Positions 29,648 through 41,988 of a DNA stretch of 64,000 nucleotides are shown here, piece by piece. Within the stretch, counting starts at the first letter, position 1. Each line of letters opens with the position of its first letter. Made by a program: the position numbers and the translations under genes. The DNA is taken from assembly GCA_963824345.1 (NCBI GenBank), contig CAWGOZ010000004.1, positions 114,199-178,198 of the forward strand, written 5' to 3'. The DNA is from Bryobacterales bacterium. Its GTDB lineage: Bacteria; Acidobacteriota; Terriglobia; Bryobacterales; Bryobacteraceae. The notes under the pieces were generated by a model. That model was not told the origin of the DNA and ran no database searches. It saw nothing but the letters and a program-made list of their open reading frames with translations.

Positions 29648-32445
29648 GCTCTATCTGCGTGGTCTTGCGGCGTGTCTCCAGATAGTGCTCCTGCCAATCC
29701 GACATGCGTTTGGCCAGACACACTTCCACCGCGGTTACCTTGTACTCCGGGCAACCGGTGGCCCAATCCTCAAACTCGGTCGTGACCACGTTGGCGCCGG
29801 TGAAACCGTGATGGAACGTGGTGTAAACGACGCCCGGCTGCATGCGCTCCGAGATGCGGGCGTGCAAAGTGGTTTGGCCGGCGCGGCTGGTGAGCGAAAC
29901 GCGGTCGCCTTCGCGGATGCCGCGATTCTCGGCGTCCCAGGGATGAATCTCGAGGAGATCTTCGGGGTGCCACACGTTGTTTTCGGTGCGCGAGGTCTGC
30001 GCGCCGACGTTGTACTGAGTGAGAATGCGGCCAGTGGTCAGGATCAAAGGGAAGCGGCCGGTGGTGCGCTCGTCGGTAGGAATGAATTCGGTGATCATGA
30101 AACGGCCCTTGCCGCGCACGAATCCGCCGATGTGCATTACCGGCGTGCCTGCGGGAGCCTTTTCGTTGCAGGGCCATTGAATGCTGCCGAGCTGGTCGAT
30201 CTTGTCGAAGCTGACACCCGCGAAAGTCGGCGTGAGTCGGGCGATCTCATCCATAATTTCCGATGGATGCTGGTACGGCATGGGGTAGCCAAGAGCCGCC
30301 GACAACGCGATCGTAATCTCCCAATCCTGCTTGCCCGCCAAAGGAGGAATCGCTTTGCGCACGCGGCTGATGCGGCGTTCGGCGTTGGTAAATGTCCCGT
30401 CTTTTTCCAGGAAGGAAGAGCCGGGGAAGAAGACGTGCGCGTAGCTGGCCGTCTCGTTCAGGAAAAGATCCTGGACCACTACGCATTCCATGGCGGCCAA
30501 TCCGGCGGTGACGTGCTGGGTGTTGGGATCGGACTGGACGACGTCCTCGCCTTCAATGTAGATGCCTTTGAAGGTGCCCTCGGTGGCGGCGTCCAGCATG
30601 TTGGAGATGCGCAACCCCGGTTCGTTTTGCAGCGGAACGTGCCAGGCTTGTTCGAACAGATGACGCGCGGTGTCGTCGGAGACATGCCGGTATCCGGAAA
30701 ATTCGTGCGGGAACGATCCCATGTCGCAGGCGCCCTGCACGTTGTTCTGCCCGCGCAGCGGATTCACGCCCACGCCGGGTTTGCCGAGGTTGCCGGTAGC
30801 CATGGCGAGGTTGGCCATGCCCATCACCATGGTGGATCCCTGGCTGTGCTCGGTAACACCGAGACCGTAGTAGATCGCGGCATTACCGCCGGTGGCATAG
30901 AGACGGGCCGCGGCGCGCAGGTCGGCGGACGGGACTCCGCTGCTGGCTTCCGTGGCTTCGGGAGAATTGCGCTCTTCGGCGATAAATTTGCGCCATTGCT
31001 CGAAGGCTGCTGGATCGCAGCGCTCTTTTACGAACGGTTCGTCCACCAAGCCCTCGGTCACAATCACATGCGCCATGGCATTGACCACGGCGACGTTCGC
31101 TCCGGGCAATAGTGGCAAGTGGTAATCCGCTTTTACGTGCGGGCTCTTGACCAAGTCGATGCGGCGCGGATCCACAACGATTAACCGCGCGCCCTCGCGC
31201 AGGCGCCGCTTCATGTGGGACGCGAACACGGGATGGGCGTCGGTAGGGTTGGCGCCGATCACCATAATGACGTCGGTGTCGTCGATAGAATCGAAGTCCT
31301 GCGTTCCAGCCGAAGTTCCGAACGTTGACTTCAAGCCGTAGCCGGTAGGTGAATGACAAACGCGGGCGCAGGTGTCCACGTTGTTGTTTCCGAACGCCGC
31401 GCGGATCATCTTCTGCACCACGTAGGTTTCTTCGTTAGTGCAGCGCGAGGAGGTGATGCCGCCGATGGAGTCACGCCCGTACTTGGCCTGGATGCGCTTG
31501 AACTCGCCGGCTGCGTAGTTAATGGCTTCGTCCCAGGTGACCTCGCGCCAGGGGTCGGTAATTTTGGCGCGAATCATGGGCTTGGTAATGCGGTCCTTAT
31601 GGGTGGCGTAGCCCCATGCGAATCGGCCCTTGACGCACGAATGTCCGTGATTGGCTTTGCCGTCCTTATAGGGGGTCATGCGGACCACTTCCGCGCCCTG
31701 CAGCTCGGCCTTGAACGCGCAGCCCACGCCGCAATAGGCGCAGGTGGTGACGACGCTATGCTCCGGCTGGCCTTTGGCGATGATGGTCTTTTCGGTCAAT
31801 GTGGCGGTGGGGCAGGCCTGCACGCACGCTCCGCAAGAGACACACTCGGAATCCAGAAAATTGGTGGGACCGGACGCCACCTTGGACGCGAAGCCGCGGC
31901 CCTGGATGGTGAGCGCGAAGGTGCCCTGTACTTCTTCGCAAGCCCGCACGCAGCGCGAGCACACGATGCACTTGGAAGCTTCGAAGGTAAAGTACGGGTT
32001 CGACTCGTCCTTGGGGGCCTTCAGATGATTCTGCCCTTCGTAGCCGTAGCGGACTTCGCGCAATCCGACTACGCCCGCCATATCCTGTAATTCGCAATCG
32101 CCGTTGGCGGCGCAGGTCAGGCAATCCAGGGGATGATCCGAGATGTACAACTCCATGACGCCGCGCCGTAGCTTCGCGAGCTTCGGCGATTGGGTTCGCA
32201 CGCGCATGCCGGGCTCGGCCGGAGTGGTGCAGGAAGCGGGCGTGCCGCGGCGGCCTTCGATCTCGACCAGGCACAGGCGGCACGATCCGAACGGCTGCAT
32301 GTTGTCGGTGGCGCACAGCTTCGGCACCGGGATACCGGCCTCGACCGCGGCGCGCATCACCGAAGTACCCTGCGGCACCGTAACTGGGGCGCCGTCGATC
32401 TCGAGCGTGACCAGTGTTTCGGCGATTCGCGCGGGAGTGCCGTAA

Positions 32446-32468
<23 letters not shown>
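29634..32468 (-). CDS. fdsA: NAD-dependent formate dehydrogenase alpha subunit (Mo/W-bis-MGD, Cys type)
   Basis: N-terminal 2Fe-2S and 4Fe-4S Cys clusters, active-site region 'TCARVCHSPTG' with Cys (no in-frame TGA), long MopB domain. Start trimmed to the ATG at 32468. Confidence 0.9.
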
Positions 32469-34058
<1,590 letters not shown>

Positions 34059-34062
<4 letters not shown>

Positions 34063-34538
34063 TGCGCCCTCCGCGAGCTGTCGATCAAGAAGTCAGCGAT
34101 GGTTGGAGAGACTCGGCCATAGGGCTCGCCATCCAGCATGACCGCAGGCGAGAGGGCGCAATTTCCAAGACAGAACACTTGTTCGACGGTGAGGCTCTGG
34201 TCCGGCGTTGTCTCGCCGAGTTGCACCCCCGCTCGCTTCTCGACGTGAGCGATCAACGCATCGCAGCCCATGGACTGGCAGGACTCCCCGCGGCAAATTT
34301 TCAACACATGCCTTCCAGGAGCCGCGTGGCGAAAATCGTGATAGAAACTGATGACGCCGTGCACCTCGGCGTGCGAAATATTCAGAGCGCCGGCGATCAG
34401 GGGCGTGGCGTCGGGGTGGATATATCCGAACTCTTCCTGGATTGCATGCAAGATGGGCAGCAGAGCGCCGGGCAGGTGCTCCAGCTCCCGAATCCGGGCT
34501 TGGGCCCGGTCCGCATCCCAGGCTTGTATGTTGCTCAT
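34059..34538 (-). CDS. fdsG: formate dehydrogenase gamma subunit (NuoE-like 2Fe-2S)
   Basis: 'LLPILHAIQEEFGYI', 'ICRGESCQSMG', 'CLGNCALSPAVMLDGE'. Start trimmed to the ATG at 34538. Confidence 0.85.
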
Positions 34539-34608
34539 GCTGAGTAATTTACCTGAACTTCCCGCGCACGGCTCGCGGTTAGATTTTATCACAATGGGGC
34601 ACGGGCGA

Positions 34609-34932
34609 TCATGCGGCTTTCGCGGAAAACGCCGCCAGGACATGGGCAAAGCGAGTTGCGCTTCGGGTCACGAAGGTGAACCCGGTTTGGTACTTGGGAG
34701 GCCCCCAGGAGGCGCCCTCGAAGACTTTGGCCGCCTCTGCAGGTGGCGGCGCCTCAAGGCTCTTCGCTGCAAAAAGCAAAACCGCGTTGATCTGTTCGTG
34801 CGTGACGCTGAATTCTTCCATGATTTCTTGCACGCCGAGGCCCGCGCTCAAGTTTTCGAAGACGGTGGAAACTGGCATGCGCGTGTTTTTGAAGACACAC
34901 GCGCCGCTGCGCTTGCCGGGGACGCTCTCCAC
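34609..34932 (-). CDS. DUF433-like small protein (orphan; usual PIN-like partner absent)
   Basis: 'VPGKRSGACVFKNTRMPVSTVFENLSAGLGVQEIMEEFSVTHEQINAVLLFAAKSL' matches the DUF433 pattern. The 45-aa tail is unassigned. Confidence 0.55.
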   Translation of the reverse strand: MESVPGKRSGACVFKNTRMPVSTVFENLSAGLGVQEIMEEFSVTHEQINAVLLFAAKSLEAPPPAEAAKVFEGASWGPPKYQTGFTFVTRSATRFAHVLAAFSAKAA

Positions 34933-35566
34933 AGCTTACGCTCCGTTTCCCCCGCCCTGCTTCGATCAGGTCAGGGCCTGGATACCAGCCCGGGCACCAC
35001 GGTATCGCTGCGCGGCGGAACGAATCCCACTTTGCTCAACAACTCAAACGCTGACTCAGGGGTAAAAACTCTCCCCAGACGGACAGAAATCCCGACTCGC
35101 TGGGGACTCTGAATTCCGATGCCCGAGTTGTGATTCACGAAGGATGGACAGTGTGCACAGCACGGCTGAGGACAGCGAAGTCCTGGAGTGTGGAGACTGC
35201 AGACGAGTATACGAGGTTAAGTATCAGCCAGACGGACCGGCGCGGCTGGTTTCGGTTTAGATAAACTCAGACTCGTACGGGCATCACCAAATCAGGCCGA
35301 AATGAGCCATCTTTGCCAATCCCGACTTCGCCGCGTCTGTCACGGCCAGTTCTGGCAGGCACAACGCCATGCATCTGATTCGGGCCCCGTTTGCAAGTTG
35401 TGGAACACGGACGCACTGAAATCCATGTGCCGCACTGGGACGGTATCGAGCAGCCACATGGCTTCGTGCACGAGTTGCGGTCGCGTAGTCTATGAGTTCC
35501 GAGGGTCGCTAACTTTCAACGGAATTCCGGGCATCCTCCGGGGATGATTTTCTGTAGGCTGGTCTT

Positions 35567-36874
35567 GTGGCCAAGCAAGAGGCGAGTGAGCTACTTTCCA
35601 TCGCGGGGCGAGAGGTCCGGATCACGCACCCCGAGAAACAGTATTTCTCAAAACAAGTCAAACTTTCGAAGCTTGATCTGGTTCGGTATTACCTGTCAGT
35701 CGCTGACGGAGCTGTCGGTGGAATCAGGGATCGGCCGCTAGTGCTCAAAAGGTTCGTTCACGGAGCTGAAGGCGAGGCGTTCTACCAGAAGCGCGCTCCG
35801 TCCGACCATCCTGCCTGGCTTCGCACGGTTACGCTGGCTTTTCCCTCCGGCCGAACGGCGGAAGAACTGGTCGTGGACGATGCTGCCGGGCTCGCCTGGA
35901 TTGTGAATCTGGGATGCATTGAATTGCACCCTCATCCGATTCGATCGGCTGATCTGGATCATCCCGATGAGCTGCGCGTCGATCTTGACCCGGGACCGGG
36001 CGTAACTTGGAACGACGTTCGAACCGTCAGTCTGGAGGTGAAGGCATTCCTTGAGGAAATGGGACTGCGCGGCTGGCCGAAGACCAGCGGCTCACGTGGA
36101 ATGCATATTTATGCTCGAATAGACCGGCGCTGGAACTTCGCCGAAGTTCGACGCGCCGCCGTAGCGCTATCGCGGGCGGTGGAGCGCCGCATTCCCGCGC
36201 TGGCCAGTTCCAAGTGGTGGAAGGAGGAACGCCACGGAGTATTCCTCGACTATAACCAGAACGCAAAGGATCGGACTACCTGCTCTGCGTATTCGGTGCG
36301 GCCCCTACCCGACGCACGCGTTTCCACGCCGCTCTACTGGGACGAAGTTCCAGACTGCGACCCGGCCGATTTCACGGTCCTGACGGTTCCCGCGCGATTC
36401 GCGAAGCTGGGCGACCCGCACGCGGGCATGAATGAAGGCCCAGGCTCATTGGAGAAGCTGCTGGAGTTGGCGGCAACCGATGAATCCGCCGGACTCGGAG
36501 ATGCGCCGTGGCCGCCGCACTTTCGCAAAATGGATGGCGAGAGGCCACGTGTCGCGCCTTCCCGCGCGAAATCGCCAGTACGGAGCAAGATGCCGCTCAT
36601 CGTAGTGGCCAACTCTCCTGACAAAGAGGCCGCACTCGGAGGGCTCGAACGCTGGAAATCGAAACACCCTTCGGCAGCGGCGCTGCTGGCCGTCGATGAC
36701 GTATTGATCGACTCGATGCGGGGCCGTTCCTCAACGTGGACTCGCATTCGCGTCAATTTGAGACACGTTCCCGAATCGATGCAGCCGGCACAGGAGACGC
36801 CCGATCCCGACGACGACCCCACGCGTGAGTGGCGCAATATGCGAGCCGCAAAGCGACCGTCAAAACGGCCCTAG
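35567..36874 (+). CDS. LigD polymerase/primase domain protein (NHEJ PolDom) with C-terminal extension
   Basis: 'VRITHPEKQYFS', 'YYLSVADGAVGGIRDRPLVLKRF', 'ELHPHP', 'DELRVDLDP', 'PKTSGSRGMHIYARI'. Extension contains 'PWPPHFRKMDGERPRVAPSRA'. Confidence 0.85.
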   Translation: MAKQEASELLSIAGREVRITHPEKQYFSKQVKLSKLDLVRYYLSVADGAVGGIRDRPLVLKRFVHGAEGEAFYQKRAPSDHPAWLRTVTLAFPSGRTAEELVVDDAAGLAWIVNLGCIELHPHPIRSADLDHPDELRVDLDPGPGVTWNDVRTVSLEVKAFLEEMGLRGWPKTSGSRGMHIYARIDRRWNFAEVRRAAVALSRAVERRIPALASSKWWKEERHGVFLDYNQNAKDRTTCSAYSVRPLPDARVSTPLYWDEVPDCDPADFTVLTVPARFAKLGDPHAGMNEGPGSLEKLLELAATDESAGLGDAPWPPHFRKMDGERPRVAPSRAKSPVRSKMPLIVVANSPDKEAALGGLERWKSKHPSAAALLAVDDVLIDSMRGRSSTWTRIRVNLRHVPESMQPAQETPDPDDDPTREWRNMRAAKRPSKRP

Positions 36875-37947
36875 CGGCCGCTCATGAAGATCGACGCCAA
36901 TTCGTGAGGCGGAACCACTTCGAGTTGCGCGTAGGTGCAGTCGCTCGGCTTCTTGTCCGACCTCCATCTTCGAAAGTGCGCCATGTGCCGGAAGCGTGCG
37001 CCTTGCATATGTTCGTAGGTTACTTCCACCACCAGCTCGGCACGCACCGGCTCCCAGGAAAGATCCTTACCTTGACTCCACCGGCTCATTCCGCCGGGCA
37101 TGCGTTGTCCCGCTTCGCCTTTGCCGGCCCAATCCCTCCAAGGATGATCGGCGAGCGCATTCTCGCGATAGGGCGCCAAGAAATTCAACAGATCCCGCCG
37201 CATCTGCTGAGTGAAGCTTGCACAAACACCGACATGCTGCAACGCGCCGTCATCGCCGAAGAGGCCGAGCAGCAACGAACCGACTGCTGTTTTTTCGCCC
37301 TTCTTGTACCAGCGAAATCCCGCCACCACGCAATCGCAGTCACGCTCGTGCTTGACTTTGAACATGACCCGCTTGTCCGATTCGTAGAGGCCCGCCGCCG
37401 GCTTGGCCATCACGCCATCCAGACCAGCGCCTTCAAAGCGCCGAAACCAATCGGCCGCAACGTTCCGATCCTCAGTGGCCGGAGTCACATGCAGAGGTGG
37501 AGCAGCCGACCGAAACATGGATATCAGTGTTTGGCGCCGTTTGCGAAAAGGCTCGGCCCTCAAGTCCGTGCCATCCTCGCAAAGCACATCGAAAAGGACG
37601 ACGGAAGCAGGAGTCTGCTCGGAAAGCAGCTTCACTCGCGAGGCCGCTGGATGAAGCCTAAGCTGCAGCGCATCGAAATCGAGTGCGCCGTTTCTGGCGA
37701 TGACGATCTCGCCGTCCAACGCGCAACGCTCAGGCAATTGGGCGAGCAACGGAGCGACCAGTTCGGGGAAGAAGCGGTTCAGCGGCTTCTCATCGCGGCT
37801 TTGGATCGTGAGTTCGTCATGATCGCGAAAAATCAGCGCGCGAAAACCATCCCATTTCGGCTCGAAGATCCAGCCTTCGCCTTCCGGCAGTGTACCGATA
37901 CGCTTGGAAAGCATGGGAAGAATGGGAGGATTAACGGGAAGTCGCAC
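36871..37947 (-). CDS. ATP-dependent DNA ligase (LigD ligase-domain / LigC-like)
   Basis: Motif I 'EPKWDGFRAL', 'LDGEIV', 'LFDVL', 'GLDGVMAKP', plus a C-terminal OB-fold region. Confidence 0.85.
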   Translation of the reverse strand: MRLPVNPPILPMLSKRIGTLPEGEGWIFEPKWDGFRALIFRDHDELTIQSRDEKPLNRFFPELVAPLLAQLPERCALDGEIVIARNGALDFDALQLRLHPAASRVKLLSEQTPASVVLFDVLCEDGTDLRAEPFRKRRQTLISMFRSAAPPLHVTPATEDRNVAADWFRRFEGAGLDGVMAKPAAGLYESDKRVMFKVKHERDCDCVVAGFRWYKKGEKTAVGSLLLGLFGDDGALQHVGVCASFTQQMRRDLLNFLAPYRENALADHPWRDWAGKGEAGQRMPGGMSRWSQGKDLSWEPVRAELVVEVTYEHMQGARFRHMAHFRRWRSDKKPSDCTYAQLEVVPPHELASIFMSGR

Positions 37948-38218
37948 ATTCTCATCCTAATCTGTACGGCTCGTTCGATTCGCCCGACGGACCAGCCAAG
38001 TCGGCGCTCGATTCCAGATCACTTCTGAAGGGACTCCCACGGCACGATCCCTCTAGCAACAAAGTCAACCGCTGTAATGCTCGGTCCCGTAACTCCAAGG
38101 CGCTACGCTTTTCTTCCTTTGTGGTTGCCTTCAGCAGCTGCTCTCTGGCGCGCCGCGCAAGCTGGAGACTCGCGGCAATTTTGCGCGAATCCAGTTCTCA
38201 CGCCGCGGCGCTGTTAGA

Positions 38219-39181
38219 ATGAGTCCACCACGCGGGTCCGGAGCGGCGCTGATGATTGAAGTCGAACAACTGCGGAAATCATATGGTGAGTTGATTGCCG
38301 TGGACGACGTGTCGTTCGCCGCGCATCCGGGAGAAATCTTCGGTCTGTTGGGGCCCAACGGCGCCGGCAAAACCACAACCATCGGCTGCATCTCCGGACT
38401 GCTTACACCGAGCGCCGGACGCGTGCAGGTGATGGGACACGACGTGGTCCGCGATGGCGCGGCCGCGAGGGCGAATCTCGGCGTGGTCCCACAAGAGATC
38501 GCGCTTTACGACGACCTTTCGGCGCACGAGAACCTCTCGTATTGGGGCGGAGCGCAAGGCATGCGCAATCCGAACTTGCGAGAGCGCATCCAGCAGGTCC
38601 TGGAGTTGACCGGGCTGCAAGACCGCGCCCAGGAGCCGGTGAAGCAGTTTAGCGGTGGAATGAAGCGGCGTCTCAATTTCGCGTGCGGCATTTTGCATTC
38701 GCCTAAAGTGCTGCTGCTCGACGAGCCGACGGTGGGCGTCGATCCCCAGAGCCGGGTACGGCTGCTCGATCTGGTGCGCGCCCAGGCGCATGCCGGAACC
38801 TGCGTGCTCTACACCACGCACTACATGGAGGAGGCCGAGGCGCTGTGCGACCGCCTGGCCATCATGGACCACGGAAAAATAATCGCGGCAGGCACGCTGC
38901 CGGAACTCCGGTCGATGCTGGCCGAGCGCGACCTGTTGCGGTTCACCGGTGTGTTCGCAGTGCAAGCCGCGCGCGCCGCGATGCAGCAGATCGATTCGAT
39001 CGAGATCCTGCAAGGTGACGAAAGCCTGCTGTTGCTGTCACTCCCCGGCGCGTCCGAGAGGCTGCCGGCGATCTTCGCAGCCCTGGCCGGCGCGGGCGCC
39101 GAGATTCGCGGCACCACCCTCACGCAACCCAGCCTCGAGAGTCTCTTCATCAAGCTGACGGGCAAGGAGCTTCGGGAATAG
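38219..39181 (+). CDS. ABC transporter ATP-binding protein (ABC-2 exporter type)
   Basis: Walker A 'GPNGAGKTT', signature 'FSGGMKRRL', Walker B 'LLLDEP'. Confidence 0.9.
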   Translation: MSPPRGSGAALMIEVEQLRKSYGELIAVDDVSFAAHPGEIFGLLGPNGAGKTTTIGCISGLLTPSAGRVQVMGHDVVRDGAAARANLGVVPQEIALYDDLSAHENLSYWGGAQGMRNPNLRERIQQVLELTGLQDRAQEPVKQFSGGMKRRLNFACGILHSPKVLLLDEPTVGVDPQSRVRLLDLVRAQAHAGTCVLYTTHYMEEAEALCDRLAIMDHGKIIAAGTLPELRSMLAERDLLRFTGVFAVQAARAAMQQIDSIEILQGDESLLLLSLPGASERLPAIFAALAGAGAEIRGTTLTQPSLESLFIKLTGKELRE

Positions 39182-39183
39182 CC

Positions 39184-40395
39184 ATGCGATTTTTGTTCAC
39201 TGCTGTAAGAAAGGACCTTGAGCGGTTGCGGCGCGATCCCCTGTCGCTTGCGACCTCCCTCGGCATTCCCCTGGTGTTGGTTGTTCTGATCACCTTGGTC
39301 TTCGGCGGCGGCCAGGCCTCGCCGCAAGGACGGCTTATGGTGGCCGACGAGGACGGAACCTTTCTCAGCCAAGCGCTCACCAGCGCCTTCAGCCGGGAGC
39401 CGCTCGCTAAGATGATCGTCATCGAAACCACCGGCCGGCAGGAAGGCCGGCGCCGCATGGATCGTGGCGACGCCTCAGCGCTCCTCATCGTCCCCAAGGG
39501 ATTTCAGGAGGCCTTCCTTCAAAACCGGCCAGTCCAATTGCAGCTCGTGACGAATCCATCGCAACAGATCTTGCCGAACATGATTTTCGAGACTCTCTCC
39601 ATGGTGGTGGACGGCGGCTTCTATGTGCAGAAACTCGGCGCTCTCCCATTGCGCACCCTCGCTACCGGCCAAGCACCCAATGACGAAGCCGTGGCACGAA
39701 TGAGCGTCGCATTGAGGCGGTTCGGCGAGAGCTTGACCAAGTACATCAATCCTCCCTTGATCGGCCTGGATCTGCAAGTCACCGCTGAGAAGGCAGAAAA
39801 CCAAAACGTCGCCGCGCTATTTCTTCCGGCCATGCTCTTCATGGGATTGTTGTTCATCGGGAACGCCCAGGCCTTGGACATCTGGAAGGAGCAGTTGTGG
39901 GGCACCCTGCGCCGTCTCGCCTCCACGCCTGCTTCTCTCGCAGGGTTTCTCGGTGGACGGTTAATCTCGCTGGCGCTGATTCTCTGCGCCGTCGCCCTGG
40001 TGGGAGTCGCGGGCATGCGTTGGTTCGCCCATGTTCCGGTGGCCAGCGTCCCTCTAGCGACACTCTGGCTGGTTTTATCAGGCACCGAATTCTACTTGTT
40101 CCTGGTCACCATAGCGGTCCACGCCTCGGGGCAACGGGCGGCCAACGTAATCGGGAATCTTGTGGTGTTTCCGCTGGCCTTGATTGGCGGCTCGTTTTTT
40201 CCGTTTGAGATGATGCCGCGTTGGATGGCCTCGATTGGTCGCTTCACTCCCAACGGCTGGGCTATTACCCAGTTCAAGGCGTTTGTCGCCGGCTCCGCTC
40301 ACAGCAAGGATTTTCTGATCGGGGCCGCGTGCATGGCTGCCTTGGGATCGCTTCTTTTCCTCTTAACTTTGCGCAGGATTGGGAAGTTGATTTAG
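39184..40395 (+). CDS. ABC-2 family permease
   Basis: N-terminal TM helix, large periplasmic loop, 5 C-terminal TM helices; directly follows the ATPase. Confidence 0.8.
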   Translation: MRFLFTAVRKDLERLRRDPLSLATSLGIPLVLVVLITLVFGGGQASPQGRLMVADEDGTFLSQALTSAFSREPLAKMIVIETTGRQEGRRRMDRGDASALLIVPKGFQEAFLQNRPVQLQLVTNPSQQILPNMIFETLSMVVDGGFYVQKLGALPLRTLATGQAPNDEAVARMSVALRRFGESLTKYINPPLIGLDLQVTAEKAENQNVAALFLPAMLFMGLLFIGNAQALDIWKEQLWGTLRRLASTPASLAGFLGGRLISLALILCAVALVGVAGMRWFAHVPVASVPLATLWLVLSGTEFYLFLVTIAVHASGQRAANVIGNLVVFPLALIGGSFFPFEMMPRWMASIGRFTPNGWAITQFKAFVAGSAHSKDFLIGAACMAALGSLLFLLTLRRIGKLI

Positions 40396-40396
40396 G

Positions 40397-41536
40397 ATGG
40401 CTATGTTTCGAGACGCACTCTATCTGGCACGCATGGACGCAGCCCAGTTGTTGCGCAGGCGCGAAACGCTCATATGGACGTTCGTAATGCCAATCGTCTT
40501 CTTCTACTTTCTCGGCACGGTCACTGGCAATTCCTCCGGCCCCGCGAAGGACAACCTGGCAGTGAGCGTTCCGCCGGACGCCGGTTTTCTCGCCGATCGA
40601 CTGCTTGCGCGCCTGGAGCAACGCGGCTACCATGTGATCCGCGCTCAGGAGCCGAAGGACTTCTTGAGCTTCCGCCGCCGCCTGTCCATTCCGGCGGGAT
40701 TTACGGATTCGGTTCTCGCCGGCAAGCCCATGAAGATTCGCTTCGAGCGAACCGGAGAGGACATCGGCGCCGACTATGACCGGGTGCGGCTGTATCGCGC
40801 GGTCTATACGACGCTCGCGGACTTGATCGTGGTCTCGGGCGAGAATGCCAAAGCGTCCAAGGACGCGTTTGAGAAGCTTGCCGCCCAACCGCGCATGCTG
40901 ACCCTCAACGTGCAATCGGCTGGGAAACGCCTCGATCCTCCCACTGGATTCGAGCAGTCCGTGCCCGGCACGATGGTGATGTTCACACTGTTGGTGCTGT
41001 TCACTACCGGAGGTGTCTCGCTGACCATCGAACGCAACCAGGGCATTCTGCGACGGCTAGCTTCGTCGCCCATGTCGCGCGGCGCGGTCGTGCTGGGAAA
41101 ATGGGGCGCGCGGATCTCGTTGGGAGTCGTCCAGATTGCCTTCGCGATGGTCGCGGGCAGCGTGCTTTTTCACGTGCGCTGGGGCCCGAACTTGCCCGTC
41201 GTCCTGCTGGTGTTGTTGGTGTACGGTTCGCTCGCGGCCGCGCTCGGAATGTTGCTGGGCAACTTCGGACGCACGGAAGGTCAGGTCGTCGGCCTGGGCG
41301 TGATCGCAAGCAACGTGTTGGCTGGCCTGGGTGGCTGCTGGTGGCCCATCGAGGTTACGCCGTTGTGGACACAAAAGCTCGCCCTGGCGTTTCCCACCGG
41401 CTGGACCATGGATGCTCTGCACAAGCTTATGAACTTCGGGGCTTCACCCATCAGCGTCCTCCCGAATTTGTGCGTGACCGCCGCGGCGGCGCTCGCTGCC
41501 GGATACGTCCTGTCACGGTCATTCCGTTATCAGTAG
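40397..41536 (+). CDS. ABC-2 family permease (second subunit)
   Basis: Same topology as the preceding permease; 1-nt intergenic gap. Confidence 0.8.
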   Translation: MAMFRDALYLARMDAAQLLRRRETLIWTFVMPIVFFYFLGTVTGNSSGPAKDNLAVSVPPDAGFLADRLLARLEQRGYHVIRAQEPKDFLSFRRRLSIPAGFTDSVLAGKPMKIRFERTGEDIGADYDRVRLYRAVYTTLADLIVVSGENAKASKDAFEKLAAQPRMLTLNVQSAGKRLDPPTGFEQSVPGTMVMFTLLVLFTTGGVSLTIERNQGILRRLASSPMSRGAVVLGKWGARISLGVVQIAFAMVAGSVLFHVRWGPNLPVVLLVLLVYGSLAAALGMLLGNFGRTEGQVVGLGVIASNVLAGLGGCWWPIEVTPLWTQKLALAFPTGWTMDALHKLMNFGASPISVLPNLCVTAAAALAAGYVLSRSFRYQ

Positions 41537-41694
41537 CACCCCCCATCACAGGATTGTGAAACCAATTTCCGTAGCAGCTCTCGCCGGTGGAGTGGGCTCT
41601 GACGTGAGATCAGGAGCCGCCGGAAGCAATGAGCGGCAACTCTGGAATGACTTTAGCGACAGGGGGCCGCAGTATGACCACGGCCCCCGCACTC

Positions 41695-41988
41695 CTACTT
41701 CCAGCGACCTTCCACGAGTACCCATCCTGCATGCCGGTGAACCCAGTGGTGGCGCACCCATACGGCATGCGGACGAGGTGGGAGTTCCCAACGGCCCGGC
41801 GTCCATGCATACGCATTTCCGTTCCACTGATGGTACCCGCCGATCCACACATAGCCCGGACCGGGCGCTGCGACTCGCGTCTCGACGATCTCCCGTGGCG
41901 GATGGACCTTCACTATGACTTCCTGGGCATCAAGCGATCCAACGCCCATCGCCAGCGCAAGCAACGCGGCAGACCAAAATCTACGCAT
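41695..41988 (-). CDS. YXWGXW-repeat secreted protein
   Basis: Signal peptide 'MRRFWSAALLALAMGVGSLDA', then 'GYVWIGGYHQWNGNAYAWTPGRWELPPRPHAVWVRHHWV..GWVLVEGRW'. Start trimmed to the ATG at 41988. Confidence 0.65.
   Translation of the reverse strand: MRRFWSAALLALAMGVGSLDAQEVIVKVHPPREIVETRVAAPGPGYVWIGGYHQWNGNAYAWTPGRWELPPRPHAVWVRHHWVHRHAGWVLVEGRWK

Noticed and set aside
31350-31420. Selenocysteine (TGA) in the formate dehydrogenase alpha subunit
   Set aside because: The ORF is uninterrupted and the active-site context reads 'ARVCHSPTG' with a Cys codon. No SECIS is needed.
35330-35470. Decayed ku gene on the minus strand upstream of the LigD Pol gene
   Set aside because: Only a loose 'VPV...FH.L...C' resemblance over about 35 residues, with altered spacing. 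This is too weak to call without a profile search, so it is mentioned only as a hypothesis within the NHEJ finding.
37950-38200. Minus-strand coiled-coil-like ORF ('ELDSRKIAASLQLARRAREQLLKATTKEEKRSALELRDRALQRL...') between the ligase and ABC genes
   Set aside because: It begins directly after a stop codon with no ATG, GTG or TTG start and no ribosome-binding site, and no family was recognised. It could be a remnant but is unsupported.
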